Of a stretch of DNA of 42,734 nt, positions 30,876-39,233 are shown one piece after another (the first letter of the stretch is position 1; each line of letters opens with the position of its first letter). The notes under the pieces were generated by a model. It was not told the origin of the DNA and searched no databases. It was given only the letters and a program-made list of their open reading frames with translations. The stretch is from an uncultured Pirellulaceae bacterium. Lineage in GTDB: Bacteria > Planctomycetota > Planctomycetia > Pirellulales > Pirellulaceae. The DNA lies in contig CAZDBE010000003.1 of NCBI GenBank assembly GCA_964503675.1, positions 1 to 42,734 on the forward strand, written 5' to 3'. A program made the position numbers and the translations under genes.

Positions 30876-30885
30876 ATTCAAGATT

Positions 30886-33800
30886 TTACCAGGTGTAGCG
30901 GGCGCCGATATTGTAGCGAGAGCCCGTTTGTGTGGCGAAGTTGACGTAGCCAGACGTGCGACCCACCGTACGGGTCGTCTCGTTCAGCACGTTGATACCT
31001 TCAGCAAAAACCGTGACGCGTTCTGTAACGTCATAGCTCGCGCTCAGATCAACCTGGCCAAAGTCTTCCACATATAGCGGATTGTTTGGCTGGCCACTCA
31101 CGCCAGTTGCAGACGTCAGGAACTTATCACGCCAGTTATAAGCAACACGGGCTTGAAGGCCGTTTTTGTCATAGAAGCCGACAAGGTTGTAGCTGTCTGA
31201 CAGACCTACCAGCGGTGTCTGCACATCTCCGCTTGAAGGCACCGAGAGATTGTTGAACTCAACATCGCCATTCACAGCCGTGTAGTTCGCAATCCAGCCG
31301 AAACCAGTGTCGCCAAGGAAGTGTTGCCAGGCAATCTCGAAGCCATCAACATTCTTGGTGTCTCTATTCACCGGACGTGAGATATCGAACGAAACGAGCG
31401 GGTCTTCGCCGGCAATTCCGAAGATGTTGCCTGTGTGGAAGCCATTCCCATCCGTAAAGAATATCTCATATCCCGCTGGGTTGGTGTTGTTGAAAATCCA
31501 CTGTCTGACGGCGTCTGCATCTGTCGTTCCAAGCGCAGCAACCGCAGCATCGTAACGCGCACCACCGATGGGTGTGTAGACGTCAAACGGTGTGTCTGAA
31601 AAGACGTCGCGGCCAATGAAGTTTTCAACTTCCTTGTCGAAATAACCAACAGAAATATAGCTGCCTTCATCATAATACCACTCGGCAGAGAGATCGAGGT
31701 TCCAAGACAAGAACGGCTCAAGAGCCGGGTTACCTGATGTACCGTCGCCGCCATCGACCCGGAACAACTGAGCCACACTCTGCCCGCCCTGAATATCCGC
31801 ATAGTTAGGTCGCGTCATCGTTCGGCTGTATGAAGCCCGCAAGATAATGTCATCACGTGGCTCAACTTGGATGTCCACGGATGGCAGCCAGTAATCATAC
31901 TCACCTTCAAGTCTCGTAAAGTCACGATTGGCTGGATCTGTCAGTCCGATCAGAGACAATTCGTTTGCAGCAACCCAAGCTGTCCCTGTAGGGAAGCCTA
32001 CAAGCGCCTCAGAAACAACTTCCGTTTCTTCGTAGCGAATGCCGGCATTCAACGTCGCTGGAATGGACCCTAGATTGAAATCTGAATTGACTTGGAAGAA
32101 AGCCGACAAGCTGTCCTCTTCAGTTCGACGGTCATCCTGCAGATTGTCCGCCGTACAGACTCCATCGCCGCCACATACTGGACCAAAGGCACCGATGGGC
32201 TGATCCATGACAGCAATCAAACGATCGAAATCAACAACAAAGAATTGCGGGAACGTTGAACTCGAACCACTGAATTCATCAAAGTTTTCAGACAGATCAA
32301 GCCGGCGGAAGATATCATCAGGATAGTCATCCGGGCTGCCGACGCCGCCCCAGCTGTCGCGCTGATTGTTCGAGAACGTGCCGCGATAGGAATTCTTCGT
32401 GGACGCAACCCCAAAATCGACACTGTTTACGATGGAGCTATCAAACTCATACTTGGCAAAGAGTTGAACCTGATCAATTTCCGTCTTGATCGAGCTCGCC
32501 TGGAATGTAGACCCTGTCCCTAGCATGCGGTCTGCGCCGATATCGGTGAACGGAGGCTGGAAGCCAAGCGAAAGCGATGGAAGATCACCTGAGAAGTCCA
32601 GTCCCTGACTTCTCAAGGAGAAATCTGCCACAGAAATCACCCCAGCCGTTCCATAAGGGCTGTCAGGATTAGATTCTGCGGTTGATGAGTGCGCATCAAA
32701 TGTGAACGTCAAATTGTCAGTCGCCTGCCAATCGACATTCAAGCCCAGCGAATTGTTTTCACTCACAGAGCCAAGACGCGCAGTACCCATGGAAAGGTCA
32801 GATCCGCCATCGCCAAAGTCTTCATCATAGGAAAGCGGGCTTGCGATCGGGCCGTCAGTCCATGCGCTGGTCGTATTGCCGTGGTTGAACCACACAGACA
32901 AATCAGACCGCTCGGTTTCAACTTTGTTTTTTGAATAAAAATAGTCGAGCGTCGCCTCGATCCGGTCAGTTGGCGCCCACTGCAGCGCAATCTGAGCATT
33001 TGTACGCTCACGATTGATGTTGGTCAGCGAGTAGTTGCCGTTCTGTGGGACAGAATAGATATCTGTCGCGCCTGGGCGATTGGTGACTTGCGTGTCTCCT
33101 GGAGGCTGAGGAAGGGTTCCCCAATTGTTTTCAGACCCAAGATAAGCCCCGCGCCACCCGCTGGATGTGCCGAATTGGGCAACGCCAGATTCGCGCTCTT
33201 GGAAACTCGCAGCAACTGCAATCCCCATTGTGCCATCAGCAAGCGTGTTGGAGAAAATGCCGGAAATCTCAGGCGTGACTTTATCGTCACCCAGCGATGT
33301 TACCGATTGATCGAAAACGCCCTTGATGCCGCCAGAGAACTTCAATCCAGGCGAATCCAATGGGCGCGCCGTCTTGATGTTCAATGTAGAGCCGATGCCG
33401 CCTGTGGCCAGGTCCGCGCGTCCAGTCTTGTAGACGTCGACACCAGCAATGCCTTCTGACGCAAGGTTACCAAAATCGAAGCTACGAGACGCTGGTGCGC
33501 CGCCATCAAGATACGCAGACGGCATCTGACGTCCGTTCAACAGAACGAGGTTGAAGTCGGGGCCAAAGCCACGAACCGTAACCCTGCTGCCTTCACCGTT
33601 CGCACGGTCGATGGAAACGCCTGTAATGCGCTGCAGAGATTCCGCGAGATTGGTATCTGGGAACTTACCCATATCTTCAGCGGTAATCGCATCGACAACG
33701 CCCTGGGCATTACGTTTGATATCTGAGGAGTCCGAGAGACTTTTGCGGATGCCTTGCACAACCACTTTCTCCTGGCGCAGTTCAAGCCCGTCTTCTTCGC

Positions 33801-33924
33801 CTGCTTCTACAGCGACAGGTGGCTCTTCTTGCGCAAACGCAGGAGCCGCAATCGCGAATGCGGAAGCACTCCCGAGCAGCAAAGCCCCCAATCTAAGTTT
33901 TCTCTTCGTGATGTTGTCCGTCAT
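30886..33924 (-). CDS. TonB-dependent receptor (Xanthomonas/Caulobacter glycan-locus type)
   Basis: Signal peptide ...APAFA-Q, VVVQGIR, DAITAEDMGKFPDTNLAESLQRITGVSIDR, C-terminal RYTW. ATG at 33924 follows GGAGG. Confidence 0.94.
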   Translation of the reverse strand: MTDNITKRKLRLGALLLGSASAFAIAAPAFAQEEPPVAVEAGEEDGLELRQEKVVVQGIRKSLSDSSDIKRNAQGVVDAITAEDMGKFPDTNLAESLQRITGVSIDRANGEGSRVTVRGFGPDFNLVLLNGRQMPSAYLDGGAPASRSFDFGNLASEGIAGVDVYKTGRADLATGGIGSTLNIKTARPLDSPGLKFSGGIKGVFDQSVTSLGDDKVTPEISGIFSNTLADGTMGIAVAASFQERESGVAQFGTSSGWRGAYLGSENNWGTLPQPPGDTQVTNRPGATDIYSVPQNGNYSLTNINRERTNAQIALQWAPTDRIEATLDYFYSKNKVETERSDLSVWFNHGNTTSAWTDGPIASPLSYDEDFGDGGSDLSMGTARLGSVSENNSLGLNVDWQATDNLTFTFDAHSSTAESNPDSPYGTAGVISVADFSLRSQGLDFSGDLPSLSLGFQPPFTDIGADRMLGTGSTFQASSIKTEIDQVQLFAKYEFDSSIVNSVDFGVASTKNSYRGTFSNNQRDSWGGVGSPDDYPDDIFRRLDLSENFDEFSGSSSTFPQFFVVDFDRLIAVMDQPIGAFGPVCGGDGVCTADNLQDDRRTEEDSLSAFFQVNSDFNLGSIPATLNAGIRYEETEVVSEALVGFPTGTAWVAANELSLIGLTDPANRDFTRLEGEYDYWLPSVDIQVEPRDDIILRASYSRTMTRPNYADIQGGQSVAQLFRVDGGDGTSGNPALEPFLSWNLDLSAEWYYDEGSYISVGYFDKEVENFIGRDVFSDTPFDVYTPIGGARYDAAVAALGTTDADAVRQWIFNNTNPAGYEIFFTDGNGFHTGNIFGIAGEDPLVSFDISRPVNRDTKNVDGFEIAWQHFLGDTGFGWIANYTAVNGDVEFNNLSVPSSGDVQTPLVGLSDSYNLVGFYDKNGLQARVAYNWRDKFLTSATGVSGQPNNPLYVEDFGQVDLSASYDVTERVTVFAEGINVLNETTRTVGRTSGYVNFATQTGSRYNIGARYTW

Positions 33925-33973
33925 TAGTCTTCCTCCCAAAATTCCTGTAAAAAATATTCGTGTTTGAGTTCAG

Positions 33974-35029
33974 TTATCGAGCTTGGACCTCCCAAGGCCC
34001 CAAAGGTTCGCCGTCCCAATCCTGCTGAGACAGGCATGCCAATCCGGTTTCCAAATCAGCGCGACACTGCTGCACGCGCACCCAGTCCACCTGCAATTCT
34101 GCGGGGAAAGACTTCGGATCAAAGCCCCCATTATTGGACTTCTCCGCAAGATTTCCGCCGACCGCGAGGTTCAGCATGAGATAAAAAGGCTGGTCGAAGG
34201 GAGCATAAGGGCGCCCCTTCGCCTCAGGCGCGACTGTATGCCAATCATCGCTGTCCAGCCGCATAAAGACTTCATCGTCGACCATCCATTGAATAACGCC
34301 TTCAGCCCATTCTACAGAATAGACGCGCCACTCATTGGACGGCCCTACCGGCCCATCGCCACCACTTCTTTGAAACAAATACTCATTTTCGGGGGCCATC
34401 GCTCCAAAATGAAGCGCGCCCGAAGTGCGGCGCTCGACGCCGCCGGGGCAATCCTCGCAAGGCGTTTCGAGATTGACCGCTTCCATAATATCCAGCTCCC
34501 CCGAAAGAGGCCAAGGGCCGTACGCGTCAGCTTCAGGCATCATCCAGAATGCGGGCCAAGTGCCCTGCCCTTCTGGCAACTTCATCCGAGCGGAGAATTT
34601 CCCATACTTATATGCGGCGAGCCCACGCGTTTTGATTTTGCCAGATGTGTAGGGCTGCCATTTCTTGCCGCCGGGCGCGCCCTCCATATCTGCAGAGAGG
34701 ACCGGCCCAGTGAAACGGCCCTTCTTAGCAATCAATCTCAGAGTACCATCATTTATCTGAATGTTATCCGCACGGTCTGTGTAGCATTGGCGTTCATTGT
34801 TCCCGCCGCCCCAGCACGACTCCTCAGGCCACCACTTCGTTCGGTCCAGGTCCGTCCCGTCAAACTCGTCCAGCCATACCGTGTACCAACCATCAGCATC
34901 AGCCGGTGTGCGCGACGTCACTTGCTCTTGTGAAACGTCTTGCTGAGCGGGCGTTTGGGCGCACGCACAAAGAATTAGCGCGCTGCCAAAAGCGATCATG
35001 AAAACAAAGATTGGCCGCAAAAGCTGCAT
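33974..35029 (-). CDS. GH16 endo-beta-1,3-glucanase (laminarinase-like), probable lipoprotein
   Basis: WGGGNNERQCY, YTSG, WPAFWM, catalytic GELDIME, APFDQPFYLMLNLAVGG. Hydrophobic N-terminus ending LCAC; start 35029 preferred. Confidence 0.9.
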   Translation of the reverse strand: MQLLRPIFVFMIAFGSALILCACAQTPAQQDVSQEQVTSRTPADADGWYTVWLDEFDGTDLDRTKWWPEESCWGGGNNERQCYTDRADNIQINDGTLRLIAKKGRFTGPVLSADMEGAPGGKKWQPYTSGKIKTRGLAAYKYGKFSARMKLPEGQGTWPAFWMMPEADAYGPWPLSGELDIMEAVNLETPCEDCPGGVERRTSGALHFGAMAPENEYLFQRSGGDGPVGPSNEWRVYSVEWAEGVIQWMVDDEVFMRLDSDDWHTVAPEAKGRPYAPFDQPFYLMLNLAVGGNLAEKSNNGGFDPKSFPAELQVDWVRVQQCRADLETGLACLSQQDWDGEPLGPWEVQAR

Positions 35030-35234
35030 ATCCGTACATCCTTCCAACCCTACGCTGCTAAACACCTCTGACAAGTTCAACGGTTTTGCGTTGAAGTGGA
35101 CGACTGCTGCGGTCGTTGGGAACTCAGAACGGGAAGAATTCGTCTTTATCGGGGGTAATATTGCGCCCCGCGGTCTTGAAACATTGACAAATGAGGCCGG
35201 GTTAAGGGTATGGATGGCTCACTAAGGAAGCCCC

Positions 35235-36335
35235 ATGGAACATATCCGCCCAAAGTATAATGATCTCGTTCCGCTTTCATGGTGGATGGTGGAAATCCTA
35301 TTTTGGGTTGGGTTTTCGCTGACGTCGTTCATTGCATTGACGCTGTTTTACAACGAGCAACCCAGGATAGTTCATGGCGTGAATCTCGCCTATGAGGCCA
35401 TTTTGGGAATGGTGTTCACCCGCCCCATTCTGTGGAGCGCAGCGCGACTAGACAAGCTTCCCCGGCCCACAAATTCTGCCGTGCTATTGGGGATTGTCTT
35501 ACTGACGTCACAGAGCTGGAACGTGGTGCGAATGTTCAGCTTTTCAGCGTTTTTCCCACAACAAACTGTTTGGGATCAGTTAGGCGGTTGGGCGTTCTCA
35601 GCGATTTTGATCTTCGCTCTGTGGACTGCGCTTTTCTACAGCGTCCGCGCACACAAAATCGCAGCGGCGCAAAAAGATCTCGCCAGTCACGAGCGCTTCA
35701 GACGCCTGAATGCGGAGGCGCAAAACAGTAACGCACAACTAAAGATGCTCCGTTATCAGATCAACCCGCATTTTATTTTTAATACACTCAACTCGGTGAA
35801 TGCACTGATCGCGACAAATCGAAGTAAGGATGCGCGAGACATGGTCGACGCATTGGGAGAGCTCCTTCGGATGACGCTTGAGCGCGATCCGCCCCTGATC
35901 ATCCCATTGTCTGAAGAAATCAATACAACCTGCAGTTACTTGGAAGTTGAAAAGCTGAGGTTTCGCGATCGACTAACGACAACCGTAAATATTGATGATG
36001 GTCTGGAGGAAATTTCAGTGCCCAGCCTGATACTGCAGCCACTCGTTGAAAATGCAGTTCGCCATGGCGTCGAGGCGCAAAGTGAGCCGTGTCATATTTT
36101 AATCGAGGCAAAGCAAAAGGCAGACCACATCAAGATTTCTATTGCGGATACCGGACCCGGTTTGCAGACGAAAAACCCCACCCACGAACGAAGTGGACTC
36201 GGATTGGAGAATGTGAAATCACGATTAAAGTCTGTTTACGGTGAAGATGCGAGCTTTTCGATCAAAGACCGAGAGGGTGGAGGCGTGAAGGTAACGCTCT
36301 GTCTTCCGCTTCAAGTTCCTTCGATATTTCGATGA
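35235..36335 (+). CDS. LytS/YehU-type membrane sensor histidine kinase
   Basis: About 4 TM helices, LRYQINPHFIFNTLN, LQPLVENAVRHG, DTGPG, GLGLENV. Confidence 0.93.
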   Translation: MEHIRPKYNDLVPLSWWMVEILFWVGFSLTSFIALTLFYNEQPRIVHGVNLAYEAILGMVFTRPILWSAARLDKLPRPTNSAVLLGIVLLTSQSWNVVRMFSFSAFFPQQTVWDQLGGWAFSAILIFALWTALFYSVRAHKIAAAQKDLASHERFRRLNAEAQNSNAQLKMLRYQINPHFIFNTLNSVNALIATNRSKDARDMVDALGELLRMTLERDPPLIIPLSEEINTTCSYLEVEKLRFRDRLTTTVNIDDGLEEISVPSLILQPLVENAVRHGVEAQSEPCHILIEAKQKADHIKISIADTGPGLQTKNPTHERSGLGLENVKSRLKSVYGEDASFSIKDREGGGVKVTLCLPLQVPSIFR

Positions 36336-37054
36336 CACTTCGTGCCATCATCGCAGACGACGAGCCGTTGAGCGTAGATATGCTGCGCGTGTTAATCTCT
36401 GAGATTGGAGAAGATCTCGATCCCATCGAAATCATTGATATCTGCAAAACCGGGGACGAGACGTTGACGGCCGTTCGCTCTTCGTCCGTTGACTTGCTCT
36501 TTTTGGATATAAACATGCCCGCTGGCGATGGCATGTTCGTCGCGAAGACGCTGCAAGACGATGATGGAAGGACCCCTCTCATTATCTTCACGACGGCTCA
36601 CGCTGAATTTGCAGCCGAGGCGTTCAAAGTCGAAGCCATCGACTACCTCCTCAAACCGATCAAAATCGACCGTTTGCGCCGCGCCGTTGAGCGCGCATTC
36701 GTCCGGCACAAATCCGATGGAAACGACCATCACCACAAAACAATCCCTGTCCCTGTATTGGGCGGCATCGAAATGGTCAGCACTGATTCTATCGAATGGG
36801 TTGAGGCCAGCGGCGATTACATCCGGCTGCATGTTGGTTCGCGTAGCTATCTTCTTCGAAAAACCTTAAGCGCTTTTGCCCAGGAAATTGCACCTCTGCT
36901 GCGCCAAACCCACAGGTCATACCTCATCAAACCCAGCGCTGTGGAAAAGGTCATTCCAAAGGCCAAAGGAGAAGCCCTATTACGGGTTCAGTCCGGCGCT
37001 GAAATCCCCGTCAGCCGCAGATACAAAGATGTGCTAGACGACTTACTTTCGTAG
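36332..37054 (+). CDS. LytTR-family response regulator
   Basis: IADDE, LFLDINMP, FTTA, DYLLKP receiver motifs; C-terminal THRSYL...IPVSRRY; ATGA overlap with the kinase. Confidence 0.94.
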   Translation: MTLRAIIADDEPLSVDMLRVLISEIGEDLDPIEIIDICKTGDETLTAVRSSSVDLLFLDINMPAGDGMFVAKTLQDDDGRTPLIIFTTAHAEFAAEAFKVEAIDYLLKPIKIDRLRRAVERAFVRHKSDGNDHHHKTIPVPVLGGIEMVSTDSIEWVEASGDYIRLHVGSRSYLLRKTLSAFAQEIAPLLRQTHRSYLIKPSAVEKVIPKAKGEALLRVQSGAEIPVSRRYKDVLDDLLS

Positions 37055-37338
37055 CTGCCGTGCTCAAATTCGGTCAAACGCTGTCCGCAATTCTAATCGA
37101 GCATGCGGGCCGTGCCCATATACTCGTCTTTGATCGGTTTTCATCCTTGTCTGGGTCACGCTTCTCTTCGCAGTCTATTTGGCACCTCATACCGGTACCG
37201 CTGCATGCATGTGTGTGACTGTGATGTGGAGCGCCTTGCTTTTGCACGCGCTTCGTCTGAGCGCAGGAGATATGAACGGCGTGAACCACACACTTCGTCC
37301 AGACTGGTACGAACCGGGTATTTCTTTGCTTGGCTAGA

Positions 37339-37556
37339 TCATGCGATGCCCTCCGCATTAAACGCGGTATCTTTATCTTACATCCGGAGAAGGATGACTG
37401 TAAGTTTGCTGACGGCCGCATCAATCCCAGAAGAAGTGAGTTTGCGGCATTGTAGAATGTAGCGCGCACATCCTTATCGCTTGCATGGGAGATGCGTCCT
37501 GGATTATCCATCTCTCCCGATTGAAATCGCCTCGGCGTCAGCCCAAGGTGCACTTC
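37339..37556 (-). pseudogene. Degraded 3' fragment of an IS110-family transposase
   Basis: HLGLTPRRFQSGEMDNPGRISHASDKDVRATFYNAANSLL, then after a frameshift/deletion AAVSKLTVILLRM*DKDTAF. These match IS110 GLTP..QSG..GRIS and ARKLAVILHRMW motifs, with an internal stop. Confidence 0.75.
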
Positions 37557-37958
37557 CAAAAGTTGGTATCTGCCCAGTTGGCGGCGCCAACATACTCAAA
37601 TGCCTTCCCGGGCACTCGCACAGGCTGTTAAGTATGTGCCCAATGGACCGCAATCGATCAGGAGCCGAAAATGCACAAAGATGTTGGCTGCCAATGGGAT
37701 CAGTATCCAAAATAAGACACTCTTTGCCGAAGCATCAAGTTCAGAGCCCCCCATCCACGCCGGAACTGATTAAACAATTAGTACGAACGGATTGCTCAAT
37801 ATTTCTAACACTTGGTTCTCCAACGATCTCGAACCGCCTTCAAATACTGAGCCAGATCGAAAAACGACGATCAGCACCCAACCGGATTGAACTTACTGTT
37901 TGGCATGGCGCCACTTTGATCCAATAGGTGAATCGCCGACATGAGTAATATCCGAGCA

Positions 37959-38162
37959 TCACCATATTGAAATTGGCTTGCCATCTTCGTTGACGATTCC
38001 CAATTGCACGAACCGATCCTCAATCGCGCGCAGAACGAACTCTTCCATCGACATATTGTTTTTGATTGCTGCAATTTTGAGTTCAGTTTTGGCAGCTTCA
38101 GGCATCCAAACATTTATGGACTTCTTACCCATTCTGGAAACCTGTCGGGGCGTCATACTCAT
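37959..38162 (-). CDS. Small ribbon-helix-helix DNA-binding protein
   Basis: KKSINVWM beta-strand followed by helices PEAAKTELKIAAIK and SMEEFVLRAIED; GGAG RBS. Confidence 0.65.
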   Translation of the reverse strand: MSMTPRQVSRMGKKSINVWMPEAAKTELKIAAIKNNMSMEEFVLRAIEDRFVQLGIVNEDGKPISIW

Positions 38163-38186
38163 ATTCAGAACTTCTCCGCTTTGAGA

Positions 38187-38498
38187 TCAGTAGACAGGCT
38201 TTATAGACAAGCAGGTACCTTGCTTACTGCCATTTTTGATGCATTCACGTTTGATAAAACCATCCCGCTCAAGGGCTCGAACAACTCGACTTATCGACGA
38301 TTCGTGGTTAGTGAATTCGTGGCTCAAAGTCCGGATCGTAATGATCTCATGTGTCATTTCAGATCTAGCTGCAATCGCACAAAATACACCTATTTTTTGT
38401 GTGCGGAATGCGCCACTCTCACTGTCAACAACAAGGCTACTGAGGTCAAATATGCGGTCGGCGACCTGTCTAAAGGTATTGGGGATTTCTCGTGTCAT
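38187..38498 (-). CDS. Small MarR-like winged-helix protein
   Basis: ITIRTLSHEF...SSISRVVRALERDGFIKR wHTH pattern; 24 bp upstream of the RHH gene on the same strand. Confidence 0.65.
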   Translation of the reverse strand: MTREIPNTFRQVADRIFDLSSLVVDSESGAFRTQKIGVFCAIAARSEMTHEIITIRTLSHEFTNHESSISRVVRALERDGFIKRECIKNGSKQGTCLSIKPVY

Positions 38499-39139
38499 TT
38501 TTTGCAGTCCTGCATCGATGTTTTGACCTCCAAAAGAAGCCGGATGCTGGACGATGGTAACTTACGAAACCATGCGTGGGTTTTAGGCCGAGACCTTGGA
38601 CAGCGCCACGCCATCCGGCCAAAACCAGAGGCGCAAAGAGGCGCTGACGTGCCGGTACGGCCGTCGTAAATTAACGAGCGTCCAGGCTCGACGAGGTGAA
38701 TTTGCACCCCGATGCTCGTCATATATTATGAGTTCGGCAATGCTCGCAACCCCTTGAAGCTATGTAGGTTGCAAATCGAATTATCTGATTGGATATCCAC
38801 TTGGGCATACCGAAAACTGCTTTGGTAAAGACGACTAGTTCTCAAGGCCGAAGTCGCTGGATTAACTCGTCAGGGCGCTTCGCAATATGAAAAGCTACAC
38901 GCCCTGACGATCAATTCATGTCGCTCTCAAAGCAAGTCATGGAAGCAACTTGCTTGGTGCAAATTGAGTTTCAATCTGGCCGAAGTCTGGCTCGCCGCTT
39001 GCTTACAAACAACTGACATGCGAGCAATTGCGACTGGGAAAACACTTGGCTAATGCGTTGTTTACCTACGCTCCTTTCGCCACTTTGGCGAAAGATTGCC
39101 TGCCGTTTCTGGCAGGCTCATATCTGAAGAATTGAAGAT

Positions 39140-39168
39140 ATGCGCACTTAGACGTCACAAGTGACGTG
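39140..39168 (-). other. MOBQ-type origin of transfer (oriT)
   Basis: Minus strand ACGTCAC-TT-GTGACGT-C-TAAGTGCGC: an inverted repeat followed by the RSF1010-like TAAGTGCG^C nick motif, about 65 bp upstream of traA. Confidence 0.75.
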
Positions 39169-39233
39169 ATGCATAAAATTTGATCGATTTTCTTGGCAGA
39201 GACTAAATACGACCTTGGCAATGTTCGCCAGAC

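Noticed and set aside
33983-34933. 316-aa plus-strand ORF
   Set aside because: Antisense shadow of GH16; Arg/Pro-rich with no recognisable domain.
37074-37559. 161-aa ORF as an intact gene
   Set aside because: Only the first ~45 residues are IS110-like; the true C-terminus is in another frame with a stop.
38004-38669. 221-aa plus-strand ORF
   Set aside because: It overlaps two minus-strand ORFs that have recognisable folds and RBSs, and has no motif itself.
38871-38890. Second oriT-like string AGGGCGCTTCGCAATAT
   Set aside because: It resembles a Ti-type nick region only with a 5-nt insertion; the 39140-39168 site fits much better.
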